The notes: generated by a model from the letters alone, not told the origin. 64,000 nt of DNA from Candidatus Saccharimonadia bacterium (GCA_023253175.1 JALRHH010000001.1:236020-300019); one strand, 5' to 3'. Counted from the stretch's first letter, positions 55,964-64,000 are shown. Numbers and translations: made by a program.

Positions 55964-55992
55964 GGAGCAGAGTGTTTTTATTTTGCTATGAT
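55964..55992 (+). repeat. cassette-boundary module copy 4 (partial)
   Basis: GGAGCAGAGTGTTTTTATTTTGCTATGAT retains the inner 3' arm and T-run. TGcTATGAT is an extended -10. Confidence 0.45.
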
Positions 55993-55998
55993 GTATCC

Positions 55999-56565
55999 AT
56001 GGCTGATTCCCGACTAAAAATACGAGATGCCGTTGAATCCATTAAACCTTTTGATGTCTTAGAAAAGAAGCATAAAGAGGATGTCTTGGAGTGGATCGAC
56101 AGCGGCTCTCCACTTTTTCGCATTAGTAAACCGGATAATCCACCAAAACATCTTGTTTCGTACTTTGTGCTATACGATCCACAAGCCCAGTCTCTAATGT
56201 TGATTGACCACATCAAAGCAGGACTTTGGCTCCCAACTGGCGGACATGTTGATATAGATGAAGACCCCCGCGATACTGTAGTCCGTGAAGCCGAAGAGGA
56301 GTTAAAGATCAACGCAGACTTCGGCACTATATTTGGTGATGACCCGTTCTTTGTTACTGTCACTGAGACTAGGAATGCAGGAGTACATACTGATGTTAGT
56401 CTATGGTACATCATTAAAGGTAGTCTTGATGCTGGTTTGGATTTTGACACTGGCGAGATGAATGGCGTCCGTTGGCAAACCACCGAAGAAATACTGAAGT
56501 CAAATATTGATGAGCTAGACCCTCATATGCATCGCTTCACCAACAAAATGAAAGAGTTTAATTGA
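55999..56565 (+). CDS. cassette 4: Nudix hydrolase
   Basis: Nudix box GGHVDIDEDPRDTVVREAEEELKI. The ATG at 55999 (6 nt after TATGAT) is preferred over the ORF-track GTG at 55972. Confidence 0.75.
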   Translation: MADSRLKIRDAVESIKPFDVLEKKHKEDVLEWIDSGSPLFRISKPDNPPKHLVSYFVLYDPQAQSLMLIDHIKAGLWLPTGGHVDIDEDPRDTVVREAEEELKINADFGTIFGDDPFFVTVTETRNAGVHTDVSLWYIIKGSLDAGLDFDTGEMNGVRWQTTEEILKSNIDELDPHMHRFTNKMKEFN

Positions 56566-56577
56566 TAAAGTTAGCGC

Positions 56578-56663
56578 CTAGTTCGACTTTCGTCCACTAG
56601 TGTAGCCTTAAGCATTTGAGTTCTGTGATTTAGCAGAGGTTTTTGTCTTGGTTATGGTTGCAA
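56578..56663 (+). repeat. cassette-boundary module copy 5 (diverged full length)
   Basis: CTAGTTCGACTTTCGTCCA...CCTTAAGCATTTGAG...GCAGAGGTTTTTGTCTTGGTTATGGTTGCAA. Confidence 0.55.
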
Positions 56664-56692
56664 ACAGATATTAATGTCACATAATAAGCTAC

Positions 56693-57094
56693 ATGTTTAA
56701 GAATAACAACTCTGATGCCATGGGATTCCGTGAAGGATTAAGATATATATTCATTGCAGCACGCAAAGGCTATCCAGCACCTAACGAACTTATCAAAACC
56801 CTTGAGCCAAATAGTCCGGAGCTGCGCTATGCCAAACTTAGGTACGGCATTGGGAGCGCAGTGTTCGCTGGACTGTCCATGGCAGGGCTGTCATACTCGA
56901 TGCCTCATGAAGTAAACGTTATAGAAGATATTCGTGCTGGCCTAGATCAGCAGGAACTACCTTCTATAGATGAAACTTTAGGCCTTCTGCTACATTCACC
57001 GTTCATCGCACTTGAAGCCTTGATGATGGCCCATGGACTAGCACATTTGCACACTGCTCGTAACGCCGGAAGGCAGGAGAAAAGCGACCCTTAA
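56693..57094 (+). CDS. cassette 5: hypothetical membrane protein (133 aa)
   Basis: TTGCAA-16 nt-CATAAT, then 7 nt to the ATG; two hydrophobic segments. Confidence 0.5.
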   Translation: MFKNNNSDAMGFREGLRYIFIAARKGYPAPNELIKTLEPNSPELRYAKLRYGIGSAVFAGLSMAGLSYSMPHEVNVIEDIRAGLDQQELPSIDETLGLLLHSPFIALEALMMAHGLAHLHTARNAGRQEKSDP

Positions 57095-57176
57095 GGCCGT
57101 CATATGAATTCATTCAAGAATCACATTGACAATAAATAGCATTTCGCCTATCCCTGACTCCACTAACGAGCTTCAT

Positions 57177-57218
57177 CAAGCATAAATCATGTACAAATTA
57201 GTATTTTTGTGGTATAAA
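57177..57218 (+). repeat. cassette-boundary module copy 6 (remnant)
   Basis: CAAGCATAA...TATTTTTGTGGTATAAA; only the left-arm core and the T-run/-10 are retained. Confidence 0.35.
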
Positions 57219-57225
57219 GTAAATT

Positions 57226-57411
57226 ATGAAGCCACAACACTTTGAGAACATTGATCAGCGTGATCCAGAGGAGATAGTGAACACTGAGCAATCATTTTCG
57301 TTTACGCGTTCTAAAAAGGCAGGCGAAGATGTAATGCGTCTACTCTCTAAAGATCAGCGTGATCCAGAAGAGATAGCCACAAAAACACTGACTAACACCC
57401 TTTACTCATAG
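57226..57411 (+). CDS. cassette 6: 61-aa protein with internal DQRDPEEI repeat
   Basis: TGgTATAAA 7 nt before the ATG. DQRDPEEI occurs twice. The TAG stop is the first triplet of module copy 7. Confidence 0.4.
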   Translation: MKPQHFENIDQRDPEEIVNTEQSFSFTRSKKAGEDVMRLLSKDQRDPEEIATKTLTNTLYS

Positions 57412-57492
57412 TTCGAAGTTCGTCAATAAGCGGCAGCCAAGCATAAGCACTTTGTGAAAGCAAAGTGTTTTTTTGTTTTGCTTATGCTCGCA
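57409..57492 (+). repeat. cassette-boundary module copy 7 (full length)
   Basis: TAGTTCGAAGTTCGTCAATAAGC-GGCAG-CCAAGCATAAGC-CACTTTGT-GAAA-GCAAAGTG-TTTTTTTGTTTT-GCTTATGCTCGCA. Confidence 0.75.
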
Positions 57493-57523
57493 AAATAATT
57501 GCTAAGCTGACAAAATATCTTGG

Positions 57524-58246
57524 ATGACCGAAAGATTTATTGTTCCAGAAGAAAACGGAGGTAATGGCTTTCTTGAAGACGCATGCGTTGTTTATGGCGA
57601 AGAGGCCGCAATGGTTATTTCTGACTCAATTATCAGTGGCCTGGGGTATGCTCAGGCGATGCTATCATTAGACAATATTGACACACTCAGGCTTCATCTT
57701 GCCGTAATGCGCCCACCAGGTAAGCACGACAGAGATCACCCTGTCCATGCATGGGCAAATGGCTCAGAAAACAGTATTGCTTTCATGATTAACCCAGATG
57801 CTACTACGGCCGAGATTGCCGAATCACTTTATCGTGCTGTCCCGCATGAACTTGGCCATATTGCGCATTACCGATGCAATCCTAAGTTTGGTAATGAATC
57901 GGCAGAAGCAAAACCGTATAACCACTTTAGCTCAGCAATTCAAGAAGGGATCGCAAGAAGTGCGGAAGTGCTCGAAAATCCAGATGCGAACATATTAGCA
58001 CGAGGCTTTTATAAGTATCGTCTAGGTATTAAAGAGGGGGTGAGACTGCTCTTAGACCCTGAAGCAACTGCTGACTTCGAGAGCTATGACGTATTGTACG
58101 GGAATATCAAAGAGCTTGATGATGTATACGCGATTGGACATTATGTCGTTTCAAGCTTAGCACTAGCTGAGAAGCGTGACTTTCAAGCTCTTTTGCGAAC
58201 ACCGCTCATGGAATATGTAGAATTTGCACAGGCTGAACTTACATAG
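57524..58246 (+). CDS. cassette 7: HExxH zinc-metalloprotease-like protein (240 aa)
   Basis: AVPHELGHIAHY. CAAAAT box 7 nt before the ATG. The TAG stop is the first triplet of module copy 8. Confidence 0.5.
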   Translation: MTERFIVPEENGGNGFLEDACVVYGEEAAMVISDSIISGLGYAQAMLSLDNIDTLRLHLAVMRPPGKHDRDHPVHAWANGSENSIAFMINPDATTAEIAESLYRAVPHELGHIAHYRCNPKFGNESAEAKPYNHFSSAIQEGIARSAEVLENPDANILARGFYKYRLGIKEGVRLLLDPEATADFESYDVLYGNIKELDDVYAIGHYVVSSLALAEKRDFQALLRTPLMEYVEFAQAELT

Positions 58247-58262
58247 TTTCGAAGTTCGCCAG
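58244..58262 (+). repeat. cassette-boundary module copy 8 (left part only, array end)
   Basis: TAGTTTCGAAGTTCGCCA, then unrelated sequence and the 3' end of a convergent gene. Confidence 0.55.
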
Positions 58263-58287
58263 AGAACGGCAAAGCAAAAGAAAGCAC

Positions 58288-58734
58288 TTATTTGCTTGCA
58301 GTAGATGGGTGTTTTTTCTTTGGTATTATTCTACCTTTTTCGTCTCGCTCTGCGCTACGTAGCCCACTAACCATCCCATATAAACCTATTAGCAGCACAA
58401 AACCCGAGATAACGTATCCTAGTTGCCACCAAGCCCCTAGTGAATAGAAAAACCAGGAAAGGTAAGCCCCGATTGGCGTAAAGATAAGCCCAATTGCGAT
58501 CTCCGTCCCATCCCGCCGATGCTGAGTTGATTCTTTTATATATTTGTTCACGCTTTTATCGATATGGTTTAAAAGCGCGACTTTCTGCGCCGAGTTTTTA
58601 GGAAGTAGACCAAAGAGCTCGAGATCTTTTTTTATACCGTAGTGCTTTCTGGCAAAGACTTCAGTTTTGCTAATGAAGGCCACACTGATTGCGACAATGC
58701 CAGATATGATAGCTATGATGATCTCTGTGGTCAT
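58288..58734 (-). CDS. hypothetical membrane protein (148 aa)
   Basis: N-terminal TM and two C-terminal TMs; no motif. Confidence 0.45.
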   Translation of the reverse strand: MTTEIIIAIISGIVAISVAFISKTEVFARKHYGIKKDLELFGLLPKNSAQKVALLNHIDKSVNKYIKESTQHRRDGTEIAIGLIFTPIGAYLSWFFYSLGAWWQLGYVISGFVLLIGLYGMVSGLRSAERDEKGRIIPKKKHPSTASK

Positions 58735-58931
58735 GTGCTAATTATATCGTAAATCAAGGATCCTATTACTATATGACACCAAGGACTTGGGCGGCACACG
58801 AGACCACTAGCAACTTTTACCAGCATGGGTGACTATCCTTCATTGAACCATTCCATTATTTACGCAAACTTTTTGCTTGTTTTTGTCAGCTACTATTTAC
58901 CCAACAGCTATTCTCTTTATCCAGTGAGTTA

Positions 58932-59120
58932 TTAACGAGAGAAAAGTTTCTCTATCGATATTTTTAATACACTTGCTAATTCAAATGCCAGAGAAAGACT
59001 TGGGTCAAACTTATTCTTCTCAATCGATATAATCGTCTGTCGGCTGACGCCAACTTTACCGGCAAGCTGCTCTTGAGTTAGCCCAATTTCTGTGCGATAT
59101 TCCTTAACTCTATTATTCAT
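58932..59120 (-). CDS. XRE-family HTH transcriptional regulator (62 aa)
   Basis: LTQEQLAGKVGVSRQTIISIEKNKFDPSL; classic short Cro/CI-type protein. Confidence 0.85.
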   Translation of the reverse strand: MNNRVKEYRTEIGLTQEQLAGKVGVSRQTIISIEKNKFDPSLSLAFELASVLKISIEKLFSR

Positions 59121-59524
59121 TACGACTCTCTTTTTTTCACGATGACCAGCTTGCCAATAAAATCTATGACAATAATTGCGATCGTCGCAAAATTCGCAAG
59201 CTGCCAGCCAATGACGTCAAACAATGCCAGTAACGTGCCGATTGTTATAGATCCGAAAGCGATCACAAAACTTGATGCAGCTGCGTCCTTGAGCCATTTT
59301 TTTTCAATCGTCTTTGTATTCCCGACCGGCCCAGCAACGAGTGACATCACTAGTATCGATAGCCCAACGATACCCGCCCCAAATACACTATCCCAACTTG
59401 CCTCGACAGGGAAAAACAGTATTACTATCGTGGCGATAAAAGTATAAACCGCGAGAAGGTAATAAATGTTTGGATAAAAATATCGTTTAGCTGATTGAGG
59501 TTCTTTGCTGACATTTTTGTTCAT
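59120..59524 (-). CDS. four-TM membrane protein co-transcribed with the XRE regulator
   Basis: Overlaps the XRE start by 1 nt; four hydrophobic helices. Confidence 0.55.
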   Translation of the reverse strand: MNKNVSKEPQSAKRYFYPNIYYLLAVYTFIATIVILFFPVEASWDSVFGAGIVGLSILVMSLVAGPVGNTKTIEKKWLKDAAASSFVIAFGSITIGTLLALFDVIGWQLANFATIAIIVIDFIGKLVIVKKRES

Positions 59525-59537
59525 ATTGTTCCTTACT

Positions 59538-59603
59538 ATGTAAAGTTATGTTTACATTTTTATCCTATCAATTATAGATATATATGTAAAGTAGACTTTA
59601 CAT
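59538..59603. promoter_or_regulatory. two operator-like palindromes sharing the ATGTAAAGT half-site
   Basis: ATGTAAA-gttatg-TTTACAT at 59538..59557. ATGTAAAGT-ag-ACTTTACAT at 59584..59603. Both lie just upstream of the membrane/XRE operon. Confidence 0.45.
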
Positions 59604-59783
59604 ATTACACATGCCTGAGGTGTTTAATATCCCAAATTTATTAAAGCTAGGGGGTATGTAATAACCGTACGTACGGAGTAATAGAGAGACCTTACGCAGG
59701 ATGCAGACAGTAAAAGCCACATGATATTGTTAATAACAGAAAATGGTGGTAGTGTAGGTTTAACTTAAAAGGGAGATATTTAT

Positions 59784-60329
59784 ATGCCACCACTTAGCCA
59801 TGGCACGCCAGAAAGCCATCCAGAACTCGAAACTAGAGAACAGATTAGAAATATAGAAGAGTCTATGTGTCGTGAGGCAATTAGTCTCTTAAGCAACATC
59901 AGATATTTGGAGCAACAAGAACTAGGCGGCCTTAAGGCAAGTTTTCATCACCGCAAACCAGTCGAATCAGAAAGTGTGCGTTATGAAACAGAAGCTCATA
60001 ACGGAGACTACGCCGTTCGCGCAAAGCTTGTACACAATGGAAGCAAAAAAGAAGACACTATCTCGCTGCTCACACAAGTCGTGAGAGACGTTGAACTCCC
60101 CGGAGAACGAGAGGGAGACGAACGAGTGGATGAGGTATCAATCTCTCCATGGGTGGAGCGAGTCCGCCTTAAGGGCTCTATGATTGGCGAGTGCGGTGTC
60201 AGCATTCTTGATGCAAATACCCGAATCATCACCCCCCAGCAACACCTAGAATTAGTCCAGAATATGAACGATACCATTACGCTTGTCGTAGAAAACCACT
60301 ATTCACGATTGTTTGAAACGGCATTATGA
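59784..60329 (+). CDS. hypothetical protein (181 aa)
   Basis: GGGAGA SD; no motif. Confidence 0.45.
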   Translation: MPPLSHGTPESHPELETREQIRNIEESMCREAISLLSNIRYLEQQELGGLKASFHHRKPVESESVRYETEAHNGDYAVRAKLVHNGSKKEDTISLLTQVVRDVELPGEREGDERVDEVSISPWVERVRLKGSMIGECGVSILDANTRIITPQQHLELVQNMNDTITLVVENHYSRLFETAL

Positions 60330-60576
60330 GAGGATAATCGCAATGAAATCCGGTTCAATTACAGAGAAAGAACCGGCACCAATCCTATGGCGAGTTTATA
60401 GAAGAGCAGCAACAAAGGAAGCAAGCCTATAAACTAGCCAGGCCCACGGCACCCAACTTTAACTTATAAAATCCTGTTGAAATTGTACCCATAACCTTAA
60501 GATGTGTAGATGCTGGATTCGATGTAACTTATTATCACAAGTTAGAAGAGTACGAAAAATATACCCACCTCATTTT

Positions 60577-61227
60577 TTAAAGCTTCTTGTAGGCAAACAT
60601 AATTCGCTGGCCTACGGTGATTGCCGATAGGATCAATAGGATCAAGAAAGTTATTGTAATAAGATTCTGATCAAATAGTTCAACGTGTTGCCATACGGCA
60701 TATACTGCAAGACCGACAAAGATCAGGACAAGACGTTCCGTGCGTTCCATAATGCCAACACTGGCTACTAGTTTACCTTTTGCCGCAAGTTCGGTCCGGG
60801 AACGAATGTAGCTAATTAGGTAAGTGAGCAATACAACCGTCAGTACAATCTCCCAGCCAACCAGACCCGCAAAACCGAAGGCTACAATGACTACGAAGTC
60901 AGCGAAACGATCGACCGTTGAATCAAGGAAGCCACCAAAAGCAGTTACCTTGTTCTGGGCACGCGCCACCAGACCGTCTAATAGATCAACTGCATTAAAA
61001 ATGAATGCTACGAGCGCCAACAGATACTCTCCGTTTACTAAACATACAAGAAATAGCACTGGGAAGATCAGTCCCAATAATGTAATAAAGTTTGGGTTTA
61101 CATTGCGAAGCAAGTGCGCGACAGGTTGCAGCGACTTCTCGGTGATGGGTTTTAGAACACTAAGCATTTGCATAGCAGTATACCTTATAGGGGCAACCTT
61201 CTCAATTCCCGGAGTGGCAGGCGGCAT
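60577..61227 (-). CDS. CDP-alcohol phosphatidyltransferase family protein (second paralog)
   Basis: DLLDGLVARAQNKVTAFGGFLDSTVDRFAD matches the family signature. Confidence 0.8.
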   Translation of the reverse strand: MPPATPGIEKVAPIRYTAMQMLSVLKPITEKSLQPVAHLLRNVNPNFITLLGLIFPVLFLVCLVNGEYLLALVAFIFNAVDLLDGLVARAQNKVTAFGGFLDSTVDRFADFVVIVAFGFAGLVGWEIVLTVVLLTYLISYIRSRTELAAKGKLVASVGIMERTERLVLIFVGLAVYAVWQHVELFDQNLITITFLILLILSAITVGQRIMFAYKKL

Positions 61228-61248
61228 TTATTTGCTATGCTTAGGTAA

Positions 61249-62034
61249 ATGATTATTCTGCTACATACTTCCAAGACGATGCGTGATGACGTGTTAATTC
61301 ATAAACCAACTAGTACGCCGCAGCTACTCGATCAGGCGAGTGAGCTTGCGGGCTATATTGCCAAGCTACCACTACAGAAACTACAGAAATGTATGGCAGT
61401 ATCTGAACAGTTAGCAGAGAAGACCCATCAAACCTTCGCTCATTGGTCTACAGATCCGTCCGGGCGATCTGCCGTAAATAGTTTTGTGGGTGATATCTAT
61501 AGCGGTTTACAAACGGGACAGTGGACCAGTGATGACGCCGCGTTTGCACAAAAGCATCTAAGAATTTTGTCTGGACTATACGGAATATTGAAACCGCTCG
61601 ATGACATACGTCCGTATCGGCTCGAAATGGGCTATAGGTTTCCAGATGAGCCCTACATTAGCCTGTATAAGTTTTGGGGTGACACTGTCGCAAAACAGTT
61701 ACCTGAATCTGGGCCAATTCTCAACCTCACAGCGGTCGAATACTCTAAGGTACTAACTCCATTTATAGACAAAGAACGCCTCATAACACCCGCCTTTATG
61801 ACTATCAGCCCAAAAACAGGCGAGCCAACCTTTGTTACCGTACATGCCAAAATAGCACGCGGTGCTTTTGCAAACTGGATGATTAAAAATAGGATTACCG
61901 AAACAGCCCAGATTACAGAGTTCAATGACCTAAACTATCGATATGATCCTACGCAAAGCACGCCAGAACGCCCAGTATTTATTTGCAAAGAGTTCGGTGG
62001 AATCGGCCTCAGCATCAGACTGAAGAAGTCTTAA
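61249..62034 (+). CDS. yaaA: YaaA-family (UPF0246) peroxide-stress protein
   Basis: MIILLHTSKTM start and the RPYRLEMG..FWG pattern are typical of YaaA. Confidence 0.8.
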   Translation: MIILLHTSKTMRDDVLIHKPTSTPQLLDQASELAGYIAKLPLQKLQKCMAVSEQLAEKTHQTFAHWSTDPSGRSAVNSFVGDIYSGLQTGQWTSDDAAFAQKHLRILSGLYGILKPLDDIRPYRLEMGYRFPDEPYISLYKFWGDTVAKQLPESGPILNLTAVEYSKVLTPFIDKERLITPAFMTISPKTGEPTFVTVHAKIARGAFANWMIKNRITETAQITEFNDLNYRYDPTQSTPERPVFICKEFGGIGLSIRLKKS

Positions 62035-62483
62035 CCAAATAGTCTCGCGAGCGCGATGTAATCGCTATGCAGGGATGTACTGTCGGCTGCGATTTGGCGG
62101 ATGAAAGGCTTTTCCGTAGGACGAAGCATGTCCTTTAGAATTCTAAAGAAAATCATGAACGGCGTTATTTGTACTGTCTCCGAAACTCGTTCTATCTTGT
62201 CGACAAAATCACTAACAGCATGTCTTTGATCGGCAGTCATAGTAGGACGTAGGAGCCGGGCAGCAAACCAAGCTATAGTCAGTAATATTGTCCCGAGAAT
62301 TATCCACGTAATGATTACGATCAAGAGTATCCACCACCAGCTACTGATTGTCGTGAGCCAGATTCCTAGTCCCAAAAATACTGCCGATAGAATAGCGATA
62401 ATAACCGTAACGCCAGTTAGCTTGCGGCGCACAAATTCAGCCCCAACGGCGCGCGATGTTTTGATATGAGCATCTGCTTTCAT
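62031..62483 (-). CDS. hypothetical membrane protein (150 aa)
   Basis: Two long hydrophobic helices, Trp-rich (SSWWWILLIVIITWIILG). Confidence 0.45.
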   Translation of the reverse strand: MKADAHIKTSRAVGAEFVRRKLTGVTVIIAILSAVFLGLGIWLTTISSWWWILLIVIITWIILGTILLTIAWFAARLLRPTMTADQRHAVSDFVDKIERVSETVQITPFMIFFRILKDMLRPTEKPFIRQIAADSTSLHSDYIALARLFG

Positions 62484-62500
62484 AGATGAATTATATCAAC

Positions 62501-63472
62501 TTACTGATTGAAAGAGGTAAAAGAAGCTTTTGCGACACGAGTAAAGATATCTGCGCCTACCGTTGGATCATAGACGCCAGTCCGGGACTTCGTAAAGATC
62601 ACCAGCACATAAGGCCGTCCGCCATTATCAACAATGGCAGCATCATGCATACGGTCCTTTAGATAGCCAGGCTTGTGATATACGGTTGTACCATTGGGTG
62701 CCAGGTCCGGAATATATTGCACCTGCGCCTCATAGGCTTGCTTCATGTATGACAGTAGTAAATTAGTATGTTCTTCGTTAAGGAGCCGTTTTTGATAAAA
62801 GTTGGACAATAGCTTTGCGAGACTACCGGGCGTAATAGTGTTCTTGTCCGGGTCGTAACTACTAAAGCCAATCTTGTTGGCATATTCTGCTAGTTCCTCG
62901 TGACTCATGACTGTGTTGTTGAAGTCGTGCCAAGCATCATTGTCGCTCTTCACAATCATAGCCTCCAGCGCAGCCTTAGCAGAGCGAGAGCCCACTGTGT
63001 CGTTCAGACTGTTTGTGCCATTTTCGACGTCATGCAAAAAGGCAATTGCGGTTAGAAGCTTTGCGGTACTGGCCGCCACAAAGGGATCCTGAACCCCGTA
63101 ATCATGCGAATCGCCCGTTTCGATATCAATCCAGGATACGCCAATATCTACAGACTTGTATTCCGCAATAACCGCATTGATCTCTGCAGAAAAGGCAGTA
63201 TGATCAAGCTGCTTTGGTGCTGGCGGTAATGCTTCCTTCTGCGGCGTCTGTGAGTTGCTGCTCGCTTCAAGCGTGTGCTCGTTACTACCACCCGGGGATA
63301 AAAACAAAAATCCGGCTAGGCCGACCGCGAATATGGCAACGAGCACTTTGCCAGTATTCCAGAAACGCTTTGGCCGCGGCGGAGCGGTGCGGGTACCGTG
63401 AACCTGGTAAGGGTAGCTGACGCTCCGCACTAGTTCCGGTCTTCGTGTTTGTCTTGGTGTATGTAAGCCCAT
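62501..63472 (-). CDS. membrane-anchored class-A beta-lactamase-fold serine hydrolase
   Basis: STAK (SxxK), SDN (SxN), HKPGY (KxG variant); N-terminal TM anchor. Confidence 0.65.
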   Translation of the reverse strand: MGLHTPRQTRRPELVRSVSYPYQVHGTRTAPPRPKRFWNTGKVLVAIFAVGLAGFLFLSPGGSNEHTLEASSNSQTPQKEALPPAPKQLDHTAFSAEINAVIAEYKSVDIGVSWIDIETGDSHDYGVQDPFVAASTAKLLTAIAFLHDVENGTNSLNDTVGSRSAKAALEAMIVKSDNDAWHDFNNTVMSHEELAEYANKIGFSSYDPDKNTITPGSLAKLLSNFYQKRLLNEEHTNLLLSYMKQAYEAQVQYIPDLAPNGTTVYHKPGYLKDRMHDAAIVDNGGRPYVLVIFTKSRTGVYDPTVGADIFTRVAKASFTSFNQ

Positions 63473-63811
63473 AGATTTGCAAATTAGCTTATATCAGTAT
63501 AACGCACCTTTACTCCCGTGGCGAGCCGCTTATGGTAGATTTTCTAATAGCCGGGCCGTAAGAAATGTCACTGAGCCATACCTGAAAAGACTCTATGATG
63601 TATTTGGAGTAGAGAAGGGGGCGTTCATGAAATTCAATAAAGATCACATGCACATCAACAAGCGAAAAGAGCACCAGACACAAAGCTGGAATCAATATCT
63701 TTTGTACTAACTGAGATAAGCATAAGCAGAACTTGTGAATTATTTCACTGCCTGCTCAGCAAAAGTCATATAGCATAGCAGTACCATCAATCAAAGAAAA
63801 GGGGAACTCAC

Positions 63812-63958
63812 ATGAGTAAAAGTATACTCAGAAACGTTAGCACCAAGGACGCAATGTCATTCGATGATTTGTATGAGGAGATTTCGAGCAACTGGCAAGC
63901 TCGCGCAGAAGACTTAATCCGTCGACGTGACGCAAGACTAAAGCGAGCAGAAAACTAA
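63812..63958 (+). CDS. small hypothetical protein (48 aa), below ORF-track cutoff
   Basis: AAAGGGG SD-like run before the ATG. MSKSILRNVSTKDAMSFDDLYEEISSNWQARAEDLIRRRDARLKRAEN. Confidence 0.3.
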   Translation: MSKSILRNVSTKDAMSFDDLYEEISSNWQARAEDLIRRRDARLKRAEN

Positions 63959-64000
63959 CCCCAAAGTAATCTCTAAAATTCAACCAATTAAAATACTCCC

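Noticed and set aside
53902-58262. The repeated modules could be read as a CRISPR array.
   Set aside because: The repeats are 20-85 bp, variably degenerate and 400-800 bp apart. The intervening segments are full ORFs with their own promoters, and no cas genes are present.
53902-58262. The repeated modules could be read as a classical integron attC array.
   Set aside because: There are no RYYYAAC / GTTRRRY core sites at the module ends and no IntI-type tyrosine recombinase or attI nearby. The T-run inside the palindrome fits a terminator better than an attC bulge pattern. I keep only the looser analogy.
63716-63729. ATAAGCATAAGCAG resembles the core of the cassette module (AATAAGCAG / AAGCATAAGCA).
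   Set aside because: It is only about 14 nt, with no palindrome partner, T-run or TTGCA box. It is too short to call a ninth copy.
1-64000. Possible alternative genetic code (TGA recoding, as in some candidate phyla).
   Set aside because: TGA terminates several well-delimited genes at expected lengths (serine recombinase, dcd, histidine kinase, cassettes 1 and 4), so the standard code fits.

Overview
This 64-kb window looks like it comes from a small-genome bacterium. The gene content suggests a Patescibacteria/Saccharibacteria-like organism, but that is inference only. The standard genetic code applies, since TGA is used as a stop. The core backbone holds a secE-nusG-rplK-rplA cluster that is separated from rplJ-rplL, plus dnaX, dnaB, ybaB, recR and cysS. 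It also carries a dcd / tmk::thyX pyrimidine operon, an RNB-only exoribonuclease next to an NrnA-like DHH phosphoesterase, and cell-envelope genes (one GT2 and two GT4 glycosyltransferases, a DD-carboxypeptidase, a beta-lactamase-fold hydrolase, two CDP-alcohol phosphatidyltransferases and an AI-2E transporter). There are many small orphan ORFs. Two accessory regions sit next to tRNA genes. (1) 2467..14289 is an ~11.8 kb integrative element at the 3' end of tRNA-Trp(CCA). It carries a large serine recombinase whose last codons overlap the tRNA, a Rep_trans-like initiator, a SpoVG-like protein, and a translationally coupled m5C-MTase / DUF3883-type nuclease / m5C-MTase operon. That operon is flanked by a divergent RloC/PrrC-like coiled-coil ATPase and a convergent double zinc-ribbon protein with an R-x4-H motif. 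(2) 53723..58262, directly downstream of tRNA-Gln(UUG), is an array of seven co-oriented single-gene cassettes. They are separated by eight copies of a palindromic terminator/promoter module, and the first copy is fused to a duplicated tRNA-Gln 3' end. This is my best candidate for an undescribed system. Other notable structure: a leader at 32882..32957 with two perfect interleaved inverted repeats, tandem CGTGAAAA-N16-TTTTCACG hairpins at 18908..18996, an L1 protein with an N-terminal HeH/Rho_N-like extension, a RecR without its Cys4 zinc finger, and frequent -10 boxes 6-7 nt from the ATG (leaderless-type starts). I found no rRNA and no CRISPR array. All calls rest on motifs read by eye; no database search was possible.
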